DNA of 64,000 bases, taken from the NCBI GenBank assembly GCA_020248985.1, contig JADCGL010000021.1:2701-66700 (forward strand), in the 5' to 3' direction. Under the pieces are notes generated by a model that was not told the DNA's origin, did no database searches, and saw only the letters and a list, made by a program, of their open reading frames with translations. Position numbers and translations under genes: made by a program. The DNA is from Telmatospirillum sp. (GTDB lineage: Bacteria > Pseudomonadota > Alphaproteobacteria > CACIAM-22H2). This document shows positions 36,500 to 45,994 of the stretch, piece after piece (within the stretch, counting starts at the first letter, position 1; the number at the start of each line of letters is the position of its first letter).

Positions 36500-36688
36500 T
36501 TATTTTTTAGCGACCGCCTCGAGATCGGCGATGAGCGCGACAATCACCGGCATGGGGCGGCAGTCGCGCAGCAAGGCAGCGGCCGCGGCCGCCAGCGTGC
36601 CGTCTTCGAGCAAAGCCGCGCCCGTTGCCGCCGCAAGACCTTCGCCGCGCAGCGTTTCGGCGCAGATTTCGAGAATTTCGTCGCGCAT
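36500..36688 (-). CDS. Small Ala-rich hypothetical protein (62 aa); doubtful
   Basis: MRDEILEICAETLRGEGLAAATGAALLEDG… lies between the LacI and ADH genes. It has no recognisable domain and may be a spurious ORF. Confidence 0.25.
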   Translation of the reverse strand: MRDEILEICAETLRGEGLAAATGAALLEDGTLAAAAAALLRDCRPMPVIVALIADLEAVAKK

Positions 36689-36745
36689 CGCGATTCCTTC
36701 GTACGGGGCTCCGGTCGGACAGCGTGCCGACGATCGCAGGCACAA

Positions 36746-37786
36746 TCAAGCCTGCGGGCGATCGACGAGCGTGTAGTCGAGAAGGCGCGAATCGGGTTTC
36801 GCGCCGCGCCACATCTCGCCCAGCATCGCGACGATGGCCGGGCCGAAGGCCGCATACGGGACCCGCACCGAGGCCAGCCACGGCGCAATCCAGTCGTTGA
36901 GCGGATTGTCGTCGAAGCCGATCAGCACCATCTCTTGCGGCACGGAAATGCCGGCTTCGCGCAGGCGGCGATGGGTTCCGTAGGCGATGAGGTCGGAGGC
37001 GCAGAAAATCGCCGCCGGCCGCACGGGCAGCGCCAACAGCTTTGCGGTTGCGGCGTGACCGAGCGCCAAATGGTCCGAGCCGAGAGCGGCGGGCATTTCG
37101 ACATCGAGCAAGCTGCGCCCGAGTTGCTGCACGCGGCGGCGAAACCCGGCGACGCGGTCGGCGGTCGCGGAAGATTCGAGCGAGCCATGGATCACGGCCA
37201 ACGCACCTTTGGGCACGCGCGCATGCAGCGCCGTCGCAACCGCAGCCCCGGCCGCTTGGTTGTCGACGCCGACAAAAGCCGCCGCCTTGTCGATGGGGCA
37301 GCGGCGATTGACGAACAGAAGCGGGGCTGCCCCCGCCATCGCATTGGCGAGCTGCGTGCTGCGCACGGCCCCAAGCAGCACGGTCGCGCGCACCGCCTGG
37401 GCGCGCATCTCGCTCAAATACTCGTCCTGCAAATCCGGATTGTCGTGCGTGTCGCACAGCACCATGGCAAGACCGACGTCGCGTAGGGCCGTCTCGATCG
37501 AGGCGGCGATCGCCGCCATTGTCGGGTTCGCGAGATTGGCGGCCAACACGGCCACAAGGCGGCTCTGGCCCTTGCGCAATGCCTGCCCCGCCCCGGTCGG
37601 ACGGTAGCCCACTTGCGCGATCGTCGCTTGCACGCGCGCGACGGTTGCCGCCGAGGCCTTGCCGGTGGCCCCGTTGACGATGCGCGAAACGGTTGCGATC
37701 GAAACGCCGGCGGCCCGCGCCACGTCGGCGATCGAGGCCGGCTTCACGCCACGGGACGGCACCGGCGGTTTTGAGCTGTCGGACAT
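36746..37786 (-). CDS. LacI-family transcriptional regulator
   Basis: HTH ASIADVARAAGVSIATVSRIVNG, followed by a periplasmic-binding-like effector domain. Confidence 0.85.
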   Translation of the reverse strand: MSDSSKPPVPSRGVKPASIADVARAAGVSIATVSRIVNGATGKASAATVARVQATIAQVGYRPTGAGQALRKGQSRLVAVLAANLANPTMAAIAASIETALRDVGLAMVLCDTHDNPDLQDEYLSEMRAQAVRATVLLGAVRSTQLANAMAGAAPLLFVNRRCPIDKAAAFVGVDNQAAGAAVATALHARVPKGALAVIHGSLESSATADRVAGFRRRVQQLGRSLLDVEMPAALGSDHLALGHAATAKLLALPVRPAAIFCASDLIAYGTHRRLREAGISVPQEMVLIGFDDNPLNDWIAPWLASVRVPYAAFGPAIVAMLGEMWRGAKPDSRLLDYTLVDRPQA

Positions 37787-37829
37787 CAGGCACCTTGCGA
37801 ATCCGAAACGACGGGATTATACTGCATCA

Positions 37830-37843
37830 GGTAAACGTTTTCC
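37830..37843. promoter_or_regulatory. LacI-family operator-like palindrome GGTAAACGTTTTCC
   Basis: The core AAACGTTT is a perfect palindrome; 12 of 14 positions are symmetric. It sits in the spacer between the LacI gene and the divergent ABC operon. Confidence 0.5.
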
Positions 37844-37879
37844 CTAACTATAAACCGGGAAACACAAAGGGAGGAACCA

Positions 37880-39175
37880 ATGCGCATTGCGCGACTTCTG
37901 GGCGGCGTCTTTGTTGCGGCTGCAGCTGCAATGGCGAGCCCGACCGGCCTTAAGGCACAGCAACTGGTGATTTGGCACGATCTCGGCGACAACGGCGTCG
38001 CGATGTTCGAGCGCGCCGGCGCCGAATTCGCCAAGACGCGCCCCGGCGTTTCGGTGCGCTCGATCAGCTACCCGACCGACCAATGGTTCGGCCGCGTGAT
38101 CAGCTCGATCAACACCAACACCGCCCCCGACCTCATCTTCAACAACTACGAGCGCGTGATCCGCATCGAGCAGCAGACCGGCAAGATCCTGGATCTGAAA
38201 TCGACGCTCGCGAGTGTGGCCGACAAGGGTTTCCTCGGCGAAGACGATCTGCGCGTCGCCACCTTCAAGAACAAGATGATCATCCTGCCCGTGCAGCGCG
38301 TGCAGATGGCCTTCGGCGTGCGCAAATCCTGGCTCGACAAGACGGGCGAGCAGTTCCCGCAGACTTGGGACGACGTGAAGCGCATCTCGGCGAAGTTCCG
38401 CGACAACGATCCCGACGGCAACGGCCGCGCCGACACGTTCGGCATGGCGCTGCAGGCCGCCAAGCCCCGCGACCTCATCCACATGCTCGACCTGTTCACC
38501 TTCGGCTCGGGCCTGCGCCACACGCTGATCGATCCCGACGGCAAGATCACGATCGACGAACCGGCGCATGCGCAAGTGCTCGAAGAATTCCTCAAGACCT
38601 ATTCGAGCTACCGCTTCGTTGCCCCCGACACGATCAACCATTCCTTCACCGAAATGTACCAGGTGATCCAGGGCGGGCGCGGCGGCATGTTCCGCGTCGG
38701 CGACTGGAACGTGCGCGGCTGGGACAATGCGAACTCGCTGGGCGGCGACTTCGTGTCGGGCCCGTGGCCGAAATTCGCGGCCAATCGCGACAACGCCGTC
38801 GTGATCGGCGGCATGCGCGGCGTGGCGGTCCCTGAGAACTCGCCCAACCGGGCACTCGCCATCGAGTTCGCCAAGTTCCTGCTCGGCAAGGAAGCCCAGC
38901 AAGCCTCGCTCGAACTCGTGGGGGCTGGCGTGCGCAAGGACCTGAACGTCGACGCCCTCTCGCCGCGCCAGCAGTATTTCGCGCGCGCCCAGCATCGCCT
39001 GGTCGCGTACGACTTCCCGGAATCGATCCATACGTTCTATCCGGAGCTGGAAGCGGCCTTCCATCGCAAGCTGCTGGCGGGCATCTCGGCCCCGCCCGCC
39101 GACTGGAAGCCCTTCATCGCCGAAACCGCGAAGGAAATGCGCGAACTCGCGGCCAAACTCAAAGCCAGCAACTGA
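37880..39175 (+). CDS. Sugar ABC transporter substrate-binding protein (SBP family 1)
   Basis: Signal peptide MRIARLLGGVFVAAAAAMA, an AAGGGAGGAA RBS, and a family-1 SBP body. Confidence 0.85.
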   Translation: MRIARLLGGVFVAAAAAMASPTGLKAQQLVIWHDLGDNGVAMFERAGAEFAKTRPGVSVRSISYPTDQWFGRVISSINTNTAPDLIFNNYERVIRIEQQTGKILDLKSTLASVADKGFLGEDDLRVATFKNKMIILPVQRVQMAFGVRKSWLDKTGEQFPQTWDDVKRISAKFRDNDPDGNGRADTFGMALQAAKPRDLIHMLDLFTFGSGLRHTLIDPDGKITIDEPAHAQVLEEFLKTYSSYRFVAPDTINHSFTEMYQVIQGGRGGMFRVGDWNVRGWDNANSLGGDFVSGPWPKFAANRDNAVVIGGMRGVAVPENSPNRALAIEFAKFLLGKEAQQASLELVGAGVRKDLNVDALSPRQQYFARAQHRLVAYDFPESIHTFYPELEAAFHRKLLAGISAPPADWKPFIAETAKEMRELAAKLKASN

Positions 39176-39185
39176 GGATAAAGAG

Positions 39186-39217
39186 CGGCCGACGGGCATC
39201 CCCCGTCGGCCGTTTCG
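39186..39217 (+). terminator. Intercistronic hairpin / partial terminator between the SBP and permease genes
   Basis: Stem CGGCCGACGGG / CCCGTCGGCCG with a 4-nt loop, followed by TTTCGATTCG. Confidence 0.45.
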
Positions 39218-39225
39218 ATTCGAAG

Positions 39226-40152
39226 ATGCCCGCGATCCCCGTCCCCACCCGCTTGCAATCGGCCGTCGAGGCGCTCGATCTCGCATGGCGCAATCGCGTG
39301 TTCTATCTGTTCGTCGCACCCTTCGCGGCGCTCACCATCGTCTTCGGTTTGTGGCCGATCGCCCTTTCGATCCAAGTTTCGCTGACCGCCTCGGCCTCGG
39401 CCCTGTCGCCGAACCCGACCTATGTGGGCCTGGCCAACTACGCGACCGTGTTGGCGGACCCCATCTTCATCACCTCGCTGTGGCGCACGCTTTGGTACGC
39501 GGCCCTCGCGGTCGCCGCCAATCTCGCTTTTGCGCTCGGCGTTGCGATCCTCATCGACAGCCCGCGTTTGCGCGCGGGCTCGATGTTCTTCCGCCTCGCC
39601 ATCTTCCTGCCGGTCGTAACGCCGGACGTCGCGGGCTATGTCGTGTGGCGGTGGCTCTACGACCGCAGCTTCGGCGCCATCAATGCCGCGGCCGAGCAGC
39701 TCGGCCTGCCCGCTTTCGGCGGGCTTTCGAGCGTGGACACGGTCACGATCGCCGTGCTGATCGCCGAATTGTGGCACCATGCCGGCTTCTACATGACGAT
39801 CTTCTTGGCCAATCTCGCGATGCGCGACCGCGCACTCGAAGAAGCCGCCGCCATCGACGGGGCGACCGTCTGGCAGAAATGGCGCTTCATCATCCTGCCG
39901 CAGCTGCGCCCGGCCATCATCATCAACCTCGTCTACGCGACCGTGCAGTTCCTGAAGACCTTCACCGTCGTCGTGGTGATGACCAAGGGCGGGCCTGCCG
40001 AGCGCACCAATTTCGTGAGCTACTACGCCTACCAATTGTTCGACCAGGGCCGCTACGGCGAAGCGACCGCGATGGCGAGCCTGCTGTTCGCGATCGTGAT
40101 CGCGCTGTCGCTGGGGGCCTTCAAGCTCTCGGAAGGGCGCGGTCCCAAATGA
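39226..40152 (+). CDS. Sugar ABC transporter permease
   Basis: 308 aa, multi-TM, with an EAA-like region ALEEAAAIDGATVWQKWRFIILP. Confidence 0.85.
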   Translation: MPAIPVPTRLQSAVEALDLAWRNRVFYLFVAPFAALTIVFGLWPIALSIQVSLTASASALSPNPTYVGLANYATVLADPIFITSLWRTLWYAALAVAANLAFALGVAILIDSPRLRAGSMFFRLAIFLPVVTPDVAGYVVWRWLYDRSFGAINAAAEQLGLPAFGGLSSVDTVTIAVLIAELWHHAGFYMTIFLANLAMRDRALEEAAAIDGATVWQKWRFIILPQLRPAIIINLVYATVQFLKTFTVVVVMTKGGPAERTNFVSYYAYQLFDQGRYGEATAMASLLFAIVIALSLGAFKLSEGRGPK

Positions 40153-41000
40153 TGGCGCAGCGACGCGGCTGGCAAAGCAGTGCGACGACGGCGGCGCTCT
40201 ACGCGTTCGCCACGTCGCTGAGCATCCTGTTCCTCTATCCCTATTGGTGGATGTGCCTCGGCATGTTCCGCAATGCGCGCCAGGTCACCGGCGATCCGCT
40301 GCGGCTGTGGCCCGAGCAGTTCGATTTTTCGATCTTCGCCGAAATCCAGCGCATCGGCGGCGTGTCGTTCTGGCAGTATGTGGCGAACTCGTTCGCGATC
40401 ACGGGCGCTTCGACCGTGTTGGGCGTCGTCGTGACGGCGGCGGGCGCCTACGCGCTCACGCGCAAGCCCGAGCTGCCGGGGTTCCGCTGGCTGCGCTACG
40501 GGTTTCTCGTCACGATCATGTATCCCTACATGCTGCTCGTGATCCCGGTCTATATCGTGGTGTTCAAGCTCGGCCTGCTCGGCTCCTATGCCGGCATCGT
40601 GCTGTTCCTGGCCCTCGGGCCGATCCAGTTTTTCCTGTTCGACCAGTTCTTCCGCACGCTGCCGCGCGAAGTGATCGAGGCCGGCATTTGCGACGGGGCG
40701 AACGAAGCGCAGATTCTGTTCAAGATCATCCTGCCGATGGCCAAGCCCATTCTTGCGACCGTGGCGCTGATCACCTTCCTGATCAACTGGTCGCAATGGT
40801 TCCCGATCCTTGTGATCTCGCGCTCGCCCGATACCTTCACGCTGCCGGTCGCGCTGCTTGCGATGAACGGCGAACTCGGCTCCAATTTTCGCGGCATCAT
40901 GGCGCTCGCCTTCGTGACGACCTTGCCGGTCGCGGTTCTGTTCGTGCTGGCGCAGCGGCGGGTGATGGAAGGCATGGCGGCGGGAGCGGTCAAGGGATGA
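40149..41000 (+). CDS. Sugar ABC transporter permease
   Basis: ATGA overlap with the upstream gene. EAA region VIEAGICDGANEAQILFKIILP. The ORF-track start at 39285 is in another frame and spurious. Confidence 0.85.
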   Translation: MMAQRRGWQSSATTAALYAFATSLSILFLYPYWWMCLGMFRNARQVTGDPLRLWPEQFDFSIFAEIQRIGGVSFWQYVANSFAITGASTVLGVVVTAAGAYALTRKPELPGFRWLRYGFLVTIMYPYMLLVIPVYIVVFKLGLLGSYAGIVLFLALGPIQFFLFDQFFRTLPREVIEAGICDGANEAQILFKIILPMAKPILATVALITFLINWSQWFPILVISRSPDTFTLPVALLAMNGELGSNFRGIMALAFVTTLPVAVLFVLAQRRVMEGMAAGAVKG

Positions 41001-42151
41001 ACGATTTGGGCGGACACGACGAACGCATCGGACTTGCGAACCGCATCGAAGCGGCGCGCGCGCGCTCGGTCGCATGGCTTGCATCGATGCAGATGGCGCA
41101 CGCACCCGCCGGCGCCTTGCGCATTTCGCCGGCCCACGACGCGGCCAAATGGCCGGGCGTGGCGCTGCCCGGCACCTACAACGGCATCATGTGCGCCGAT
41201 TTGATCGGCGGCTTTTCGGCGCTCGGGCTCAGCGATGCGGCCGCGCGCAGCCGGCTTGCGGCGTGGCTCGAAACCTTCCGGCGTGCCGACGGCGTGTTTC
41301 GCATCCCCGAAATGCGCGACGACGCGGTGTTCAAGAAGCCCGACCGCGACGAAACATGGCGCTACATCGATTTCCACGTCACCAACTACGCGCTCGGCGC
41401 GATCGAAGCGCTCGAGCCGGCGCGCAAGCCCGTGCTCGATTTCGTGCGCCCCTATCTCGATGCGACGAATCTCAAAGCGTGGCTGGCCGAGCGCGACCTG
41501 CGTGATCCCTGGCAGGAGGGCAACAACATCGTGAATCTTGCGGGCTTCCTGTTCGCGCTCGCACGCCACGGCAACGATGCCGACAAGGCCGCCGTCGCCA
41601 AGTGCCTCGACATTCTGTTCGCCTGGCACGACCGGCTGCAGGAGCCGAGCACCGGCTTCTGGGGTGTGGGCCAAGCCAGCGACGCCACGCGCCTGCTGCA
41701 CGCGATGGCGGGCTCGATGCACAACTATCACATCTGGTACGCGCTGGGCCGCACCCCGCCCTTCTTCGAGCGCGCGGTCGCGTATTGCCTGACGCTGCCG
41801 CCGCGCGTCGACAGTGCCTGCATCGACGTCGATATCGTCGACGTGCTCGTGCACGGGCTTGCGTCCGGCAAAGCGCCGACGCAAAGCGCGCGCGGCTGGC
41901 TTGCCGCGATCCTCGAAGCCATCCTCGACGACCAGAACGACGACGGCGGCTTTGCGGACGTGCGTACCGGCATCCGCCGCCAGGACGGCTGGGTGCGCGG
42001 CTACGAGGAGCCGCAAGGGCTTTCGAACACGTTTTCGACCTGGTTCCGCTGGATCGCCATCGCGATGGCCTCGGATGTGCTGTTCCCCGGGCGCTTCCAG
42101 TGGCGCTTCCGGCGCTCGATCGGCATCGGCTATCGCGGCCTCGTGCCATGA
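40997..42151 (+). CDS. Hypothetical protein with an alpha/alpha-toroid (prenyltransferase/SQHop-cyclase-like or glycoside-hydrolase-like) repeat character
   Basis: 384 aa. ATGA-coupled to the permease upstream and to GH2 downstream. A QNDDGGFAD-type repeat and several aromatic-rich helical repeats. No confident family assignment. Confidence 0.55.
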   Translation: MNDLGGHDERIGLANRIEAARARSVAWLASMQMAHAPAGALRISPAHDAAKWPGVALPGTYNGIMCADLIGGFSALGLSDAAARSRLAAWLETFRRADGVFRIPEMRDDAVFKKPDRDETWRYIDFHVTNYALGAIEALEPARKPVLDFVRPYLDATNLKAWLAERDLRDPWQEGNNIVNLAGFLFALARHGNDADKAAVAKCLDILFAWHDRLQEPSTGFWGVGQASDATRLLHAMAGSMHNYHIWYALGRTPPFFERAVAYCLTLPPRVDSACIDVDIVDVLVHGLASGKAPTQSARGWLAAILEAILDDQNDDGGFADVRTGIRRQDGWVRGYEEPQGLSNTFSTWFRWIAIAMASDVLFPGRFQWRFRRSIGIGYRGLVP

Positions 42152-43911
42152 CGGTCGAAGACCCGTTTGCGCATCTGCACGACGAAGACTACGCCGCCGC
42201 CTTCTCGCGCGACTGGGCGGGGGCCGGCAGCCTCGTCGATCCCGGCGGACGGCCCGTGCAGTCGCTCGACGGCGAATGGGAGATGACGCTCGATCCGTTC
42301 GACGAGGGCTTGCGCCAACGCTGGTACGCGCTCGACGAAGCGCACCCCGAAAACTGGACCGTGCCGCGCGACTACGATCCGGGCGGGGCCGACATCGTCC
42401 CGGTTCCGTCGTGCTGGAATCTGCTGCGGCCCGAGCTCAAATACTACGAAGGGGCCGTCTGGTACGTGCGCAGCTTCGATGCCGCACCGGCACCCGGCAT
42501 GCGCCAGCTGCTGCAGTTCGGTGCCGCAAACTACGCCGCGCGCGTGTTCCTGAATGGCCGCTTTCTGGGGGCCCACCGCGGCGGCTCGACGCCGTTCACG
42601 CTCGACGCCACGCACGCACTCGTCGCCGGCAAAAACCGCCTCATGGTGCATGTCGAAAACCGGCGCCGCGACGACCGCGTGCCGATGTCGCATTTCGACT
42701 GGTTCAACTACGGGGGCCTGCATCGCGGCGTCGGCCTCATGCAAGTGCCCGCCCTACACATCCGAAGCTTCGCAATCCATCTTGCCGCCGACCGCGACGA
42801 CGCTGTCGAAGTGCGCGTCGCGCTTTCCGCCTCCGTCGATGCGGGGGCGCGGTTGCGGATCCCCGAACTCGGGCTCGACCTGGCGGTCGCGATCGTGGAT
42901 GGCGTGGGCACGGCACGCTGTGCCGCACCCGTGGCACTCTGGTCGCCCGAACGGCCGCGCCTTTACGATGTCGAGATCGCCTGCGGCAGAGACCGCGTGC
43001 GCGAACGCATCGGCTTCCGGCGCATCGCAACACGCGGCACCGAGATTCTGCTGAACGGGACACCCGTTCGCCTCAAGGGCGCATGCGTGCACGAGGACGA
43101 TGTCGCGCGCGGCCGCTGCACGGATGCGGCCGACATTGCGCGCCGCCTTGCCGATATCAAAGCGCTCGGCGGCAATTTCCTGCGCCTCTCGCATTATCCG
43201 CACGACCCGCTGGTCGCACGCATGGCCGACGAAGCGGGCGTGCTGCTGTGGGCCGAGATTCCGGTCTATTGGGCGATCGATTTTGCCAATCCCGACACCT
43301 ATGCCGACGCCGAGAACCAGCTTCTGGAACTCGTCGCACGCGATCGCAACCGGGCGAGCGCGATCCTGTGGGGGGTGGGCAACGAAAACGCCGACACCGA
43401 CGCGCGCTACCGCTTCATGGCCGCACTCGCCGATGCGGCCAAGCGTGCCGATCCAACGCGCCTCGTGTCGGCGGCGTGCCTCGTCAACCGCGAGAAGTTC
43501 CGCATCGAAGACCGGCTCGCAGCCAAGCTCGATGTGATCGGCCTCAACGAATATTTCGGCTGGTACGAGCCCGATCCCAACGATCTTTTGCGCCTGCTCG
43601 CGAACTCCGATCCCGGCAAGCCGCTGCTGATCAGCGAAACGGGGGCCGACGCGGTCGCGGGCCTGCACGGGGCCGAGACGCTGCTGTTCGGCGAAGAGCG
43701 CCAGGCGGCGTTCTACCGCAACCAGCTCGATATTCTGCGCCAGTTCCCGTACGTGCAGGGCATGGCCGTTTGGCTGCTCTACGATTTCCGCTCGGAGCGC
43801 CGCCAGACGCGCTTCCAGCGCGGCTGGAACCGCAAGGGCCTCGTCGCCGAAGACAAGACCACGCGCAAAGCGGCCTTCGCGGCCCTGCGCGCCGCCTGGG
43901 CCAACTGGTAG
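42148..43911 (+). CDS. Glycoside hydrolase family 2 enzyme, beta-glucuronidase-like (GusA length and architecture)
   Basis: GH2 signatures WFNYGGLHRGV, NFLRLSHYPHD, WGVGNEN (acid/base), ISETGAD (nucleophile region) and a C-terminal …WNRKGLVAEDKTTRKAAF… 587 aa, similar to E. coli GusA (603 aa). Confidence 0.75.
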   Translation: MTVEDPFAHLHDEDYAAAFSRDWAGAGSLVDPGGRPVQSLDGEWEMTLDPFDEGLRQRWYALDEAHPENWTVPRDYDPGGADIVPVPSCWNLLRPELKYYEGAVWYVRSFDAAPAPGMRQLLQFGAANYAARVFLNGRFLGAHRGGSTPFTLDATHALVAGKNRLMVHVENRRRDDRVPMSHFDWFNYGGLHRGVGLMQVPALHIRSFAIHLAADRDDAVEVRVALSASVDAGARLRIPELGLDLAVAIVDGVGTARCAAPVALWSPERPRLYDVEIACGRDRVRERIGFRRIATRGTEILLNGTPVRLKGACVHEDDVARGRCTDAADIARRLADIKALGGNFLRLSHYPHDPLVARMADEAGVLLWAEIPVYWAIDFANPDTYADAENQLLELVARDRNRASAILWGVGNENADTDARYRFMAALADAAKRADPTRLVSAACLVNREKFRIEDRLAAKLDVIGLNEYFGWYEPDPNDLLRLLANSDPGKPLLISETGADAVAGLHGAETLLFGEERQAAFYRNQLDILRQFPYVQGMAVWLLYDFRSERRQTRFQRGWNRKGLVAEDKTTRKAAFAALRAAWANW

Positions 43912-43987
43912 CCCGCTTTCGAGGGTTTCCAACCGCCCGAACTGCCGATATTCTTGGCCTTCTTCGAGGCCAAGGACAGGACAGGCA

Positions 43988-44956
43988 ATGGCGCAAGCTT
44001 TCCCAAAAATTGGCTACCCCAAAGCATGGGCGCCCGGCGATCTGCGGCCCGACGATTGGCGCTTGGGCATTTCGCAGGCTGCGATCGGCGAGTTGGGCCG
44101 GGCAGTCGCCGCCCTCAAAGCCGCCGACGCCAAGCTGCCCGCCCCGAAACCCACGGATTTCGATCTTGGCCTGTGTGCCGACTTTGCGCGCGCGATGAAA
44201 CAGCGCCTTGAGGCCGGCCCCGGCTTCGTCGTTGTTTCGCGCCTGCCGGTCGAAGATTGGGGCATCGACGGCATCCGCTATGCGTGGTGGCTGCTGGGCA
44301 GCCTCGTCGACCGACCGCAGCCCCAATACATCGAAGGCTTCTGGCTCTACGACGTGCGCTGGCTCGGCGACTGGGACGCCGACGACGAACAAGCCCGCCG
44401 CCTGCGCGACGCCGAAATCAAAGCGCATACCGACGAAAGCCTCAAAGACGTCGGCCCGCGCTATACGGGCCTCCTATGGGCTGCCAAAGCGCGCGCGGGC
44501 GGCAACAGCCGCGTTTCGTCCTGCGCCTTCGCGCACGATCTGCTGCACGACGAACGCCCCGATCTGCTCGCACGCCTCTACGAGCCCTTTCTGTTCCATC
44601 CGTTTCGCCCGGTCGATCCCAACGCGGTGCATTGGCACCCGGTGTTCCGGCGCTACGGCAGCCATGTGCGCTGCCAATTCGCGCGCGACTATATCGCCGG
44701 CGGGGCCAAGCGCTGGGAGCGCCCGCTCGATGCGGCCGGTGCCGAAGCCATCGAACGCTTCGAAGCGATCCTCGAGCGTTTTGCGCTCGATTTTCCGATG
44801 GAACCCGGCGAGTTCGAGATTCTCGACAACGATCTCATCACCCACGGCCGCTCGCAGCATGTCGACTGGGCCGCGACGAAGCAGCGGCGCCACCTGATGC
44901 GCCTGTGGCTCGGCACAAGCGGTGCTGTCTACGACGGCCCGCCCCCGCGTCTGTGA
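43988..44956 (+). CDS. TauD/TfdA-family Fe(II)/2-oxoglutarate-dependent dioxygenase
   Basis: HTD facial-triad motif (IKAHTDES), the GGNSRVSSCAFAHDLL block (family pattern GGDT.W.....AY..L), and a distal His/Arg region. An AGGACAGG RBS is present. Confidence 0.7.
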   Translation: MAQAFPKIGYPKAWAPGDLRPDDWRLGISQAAIGELGRAVAALKAADAKLPAPKPTDFDLGLCADFARAMKQRLEAGPGFVVVSRLPVEDWGIDGIRYAWWLLGSLVDRPQPQYIEGFWLYDVRWLGDWDADDEQARRLRDAEIKAHTDESLKDVGPRYTGLLWAAKARAGGNSRVSSCAFAHDLLHDERPDLLARLYEPFLFHPFRPVDPNAVHWHPVFRRYGSHVRCQFARDYIAGGAKRWERPLDAAGAEAIERFEAILERFALDFPMEPGEFEILDNDLITHGRSQHVDWAATKQRRHLMRLWLGTSGAVYDGPPPRL

Positions 44957-45019
44957 AAGCCGCCATGGCACGCGCGTTGCTGGGCAAGGCCGTGTTATGA
45001 CCTTTCAGGCGAGGGCGAC

Positions 45020-45994
45020 GTGACGCTGTTGGTGTTCCAGCGCGTGCTGCAGGGGATCGGGGTGGTCTTCGCGATGTCGCTTGCCGTTTTTCTCGGCGTG
45101 TTCGCGATCGGCGATCCTTTGTCGCTGCTCGTGAACCCGACCTTGAACCAGGCCGAAATCGCCGTGGTCGCCGAACGGCTCGGCCTCGACATGCCGCTCT
45201 GGCGCCAATATCTGCATTTTCTCGCCAATCTGATGCGCGGCGATCTCGGCAATTCGTTTGTGTCGAACACGCCGGCCATCGGCCTCATCCTCGAGCGCAT
45301 GCCGGCCACGCTCGAACTCGCGGTGACGGCCGTCCTCGTCGGCCTCGTCGTCGGCATTCCGCTCGGCCTGTGGGCGGGCTATCGGCCCGAACATTGGACG
45401 TCCAAGACGATCATGACCGGCTCGATTCTCGGCTTCTCGCTGCCGACCTTCTGGGTCGGGCTCATGCTGATCATGATCTTCGCGATCGAGCTCGGCTGGC
45501 TCGATTCCGGCGGGCGCGGCGAGACGCGCGACTGGCTCGGCATGAAGCTCTCCGTCTTCACGCTCGACGGCTGGTCGCACCTGCTGCTGCCGGCGGCCAA
45601 CCTCGCTCTGTTCAAGATCTCGCTCGTGATCCGGCTCACGCGCGCGGGCGTGCGCGAGGCGTTGGCGCAGGACTATGTGCGCTTCGCGCGCGCCAAGGGC
45701 CTCACCATGCGCCGCATCCTCGTCGTGCACGTGCTGCCCAATATCCTGATCCCCGTGGTCACGGTCACGGGCATGGAGCTGTCTTCGACGATCGCCTATG
45801 CGGTCGTGACCGAAACGATCTTCTCGTGGCCCGGCATGGGCAAGCTCGTGATCGATTCGATCTTCGCGCTCGACCGGCCCGTGATCGTCGCCTATCTGAT
45901 GATCATGGCGTGCCTGTTCGTCGCCATCAATCTGCTGGTCGATCTGGGCTATCTCGTGCTCGATCCGCGCTTGCGCCACAGGCGGGCTGCATGA
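45020..45994 (+). CDS. Peptide/nickel-type ABC transporter permease (DppB/OppB-like)
   Basis: GTG start. 324 aa matching the BPD_transp_1 pattern. Confidence 0.85.
   Translation: MTLLVFQRVLQGIGVVFAMSLAVFLGVFAIGDPLSLLVNPTLNQAEIAVVAERLGLDMPLWRQYLHFLANLMRGDLGNSFVSNTPAIGLILERMPATLELAVTAVLVGLVVGIPLGLWAGYRPEHWTSKTIMTGSILGFSLPTFWVGLMLIMIFAIELGWLDSGGRGETRDWLGMKLSVFTLDGWSHLLLPAANLALFKISLVIRLTRAGVREALAQDYVRFARAKGLTMRRILVVHVLPNILIPVVTVTGMELSSTIAYAVVTETIFSWPGMGKLVIDSIFALDRPVIVAYLMIMACLFVAINLLVDLGYLVLDPRLRHRRAA

Noticed and set aside
36500-36745. Longer version (81 aa) of the small Ala-rich ORF starting right after the LacI stop
   Set aside because: The extra N-terminal residues are Cys/Arg/Pro-rich with no RBS. 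Even the 62-aa core is listed only at low confidence.
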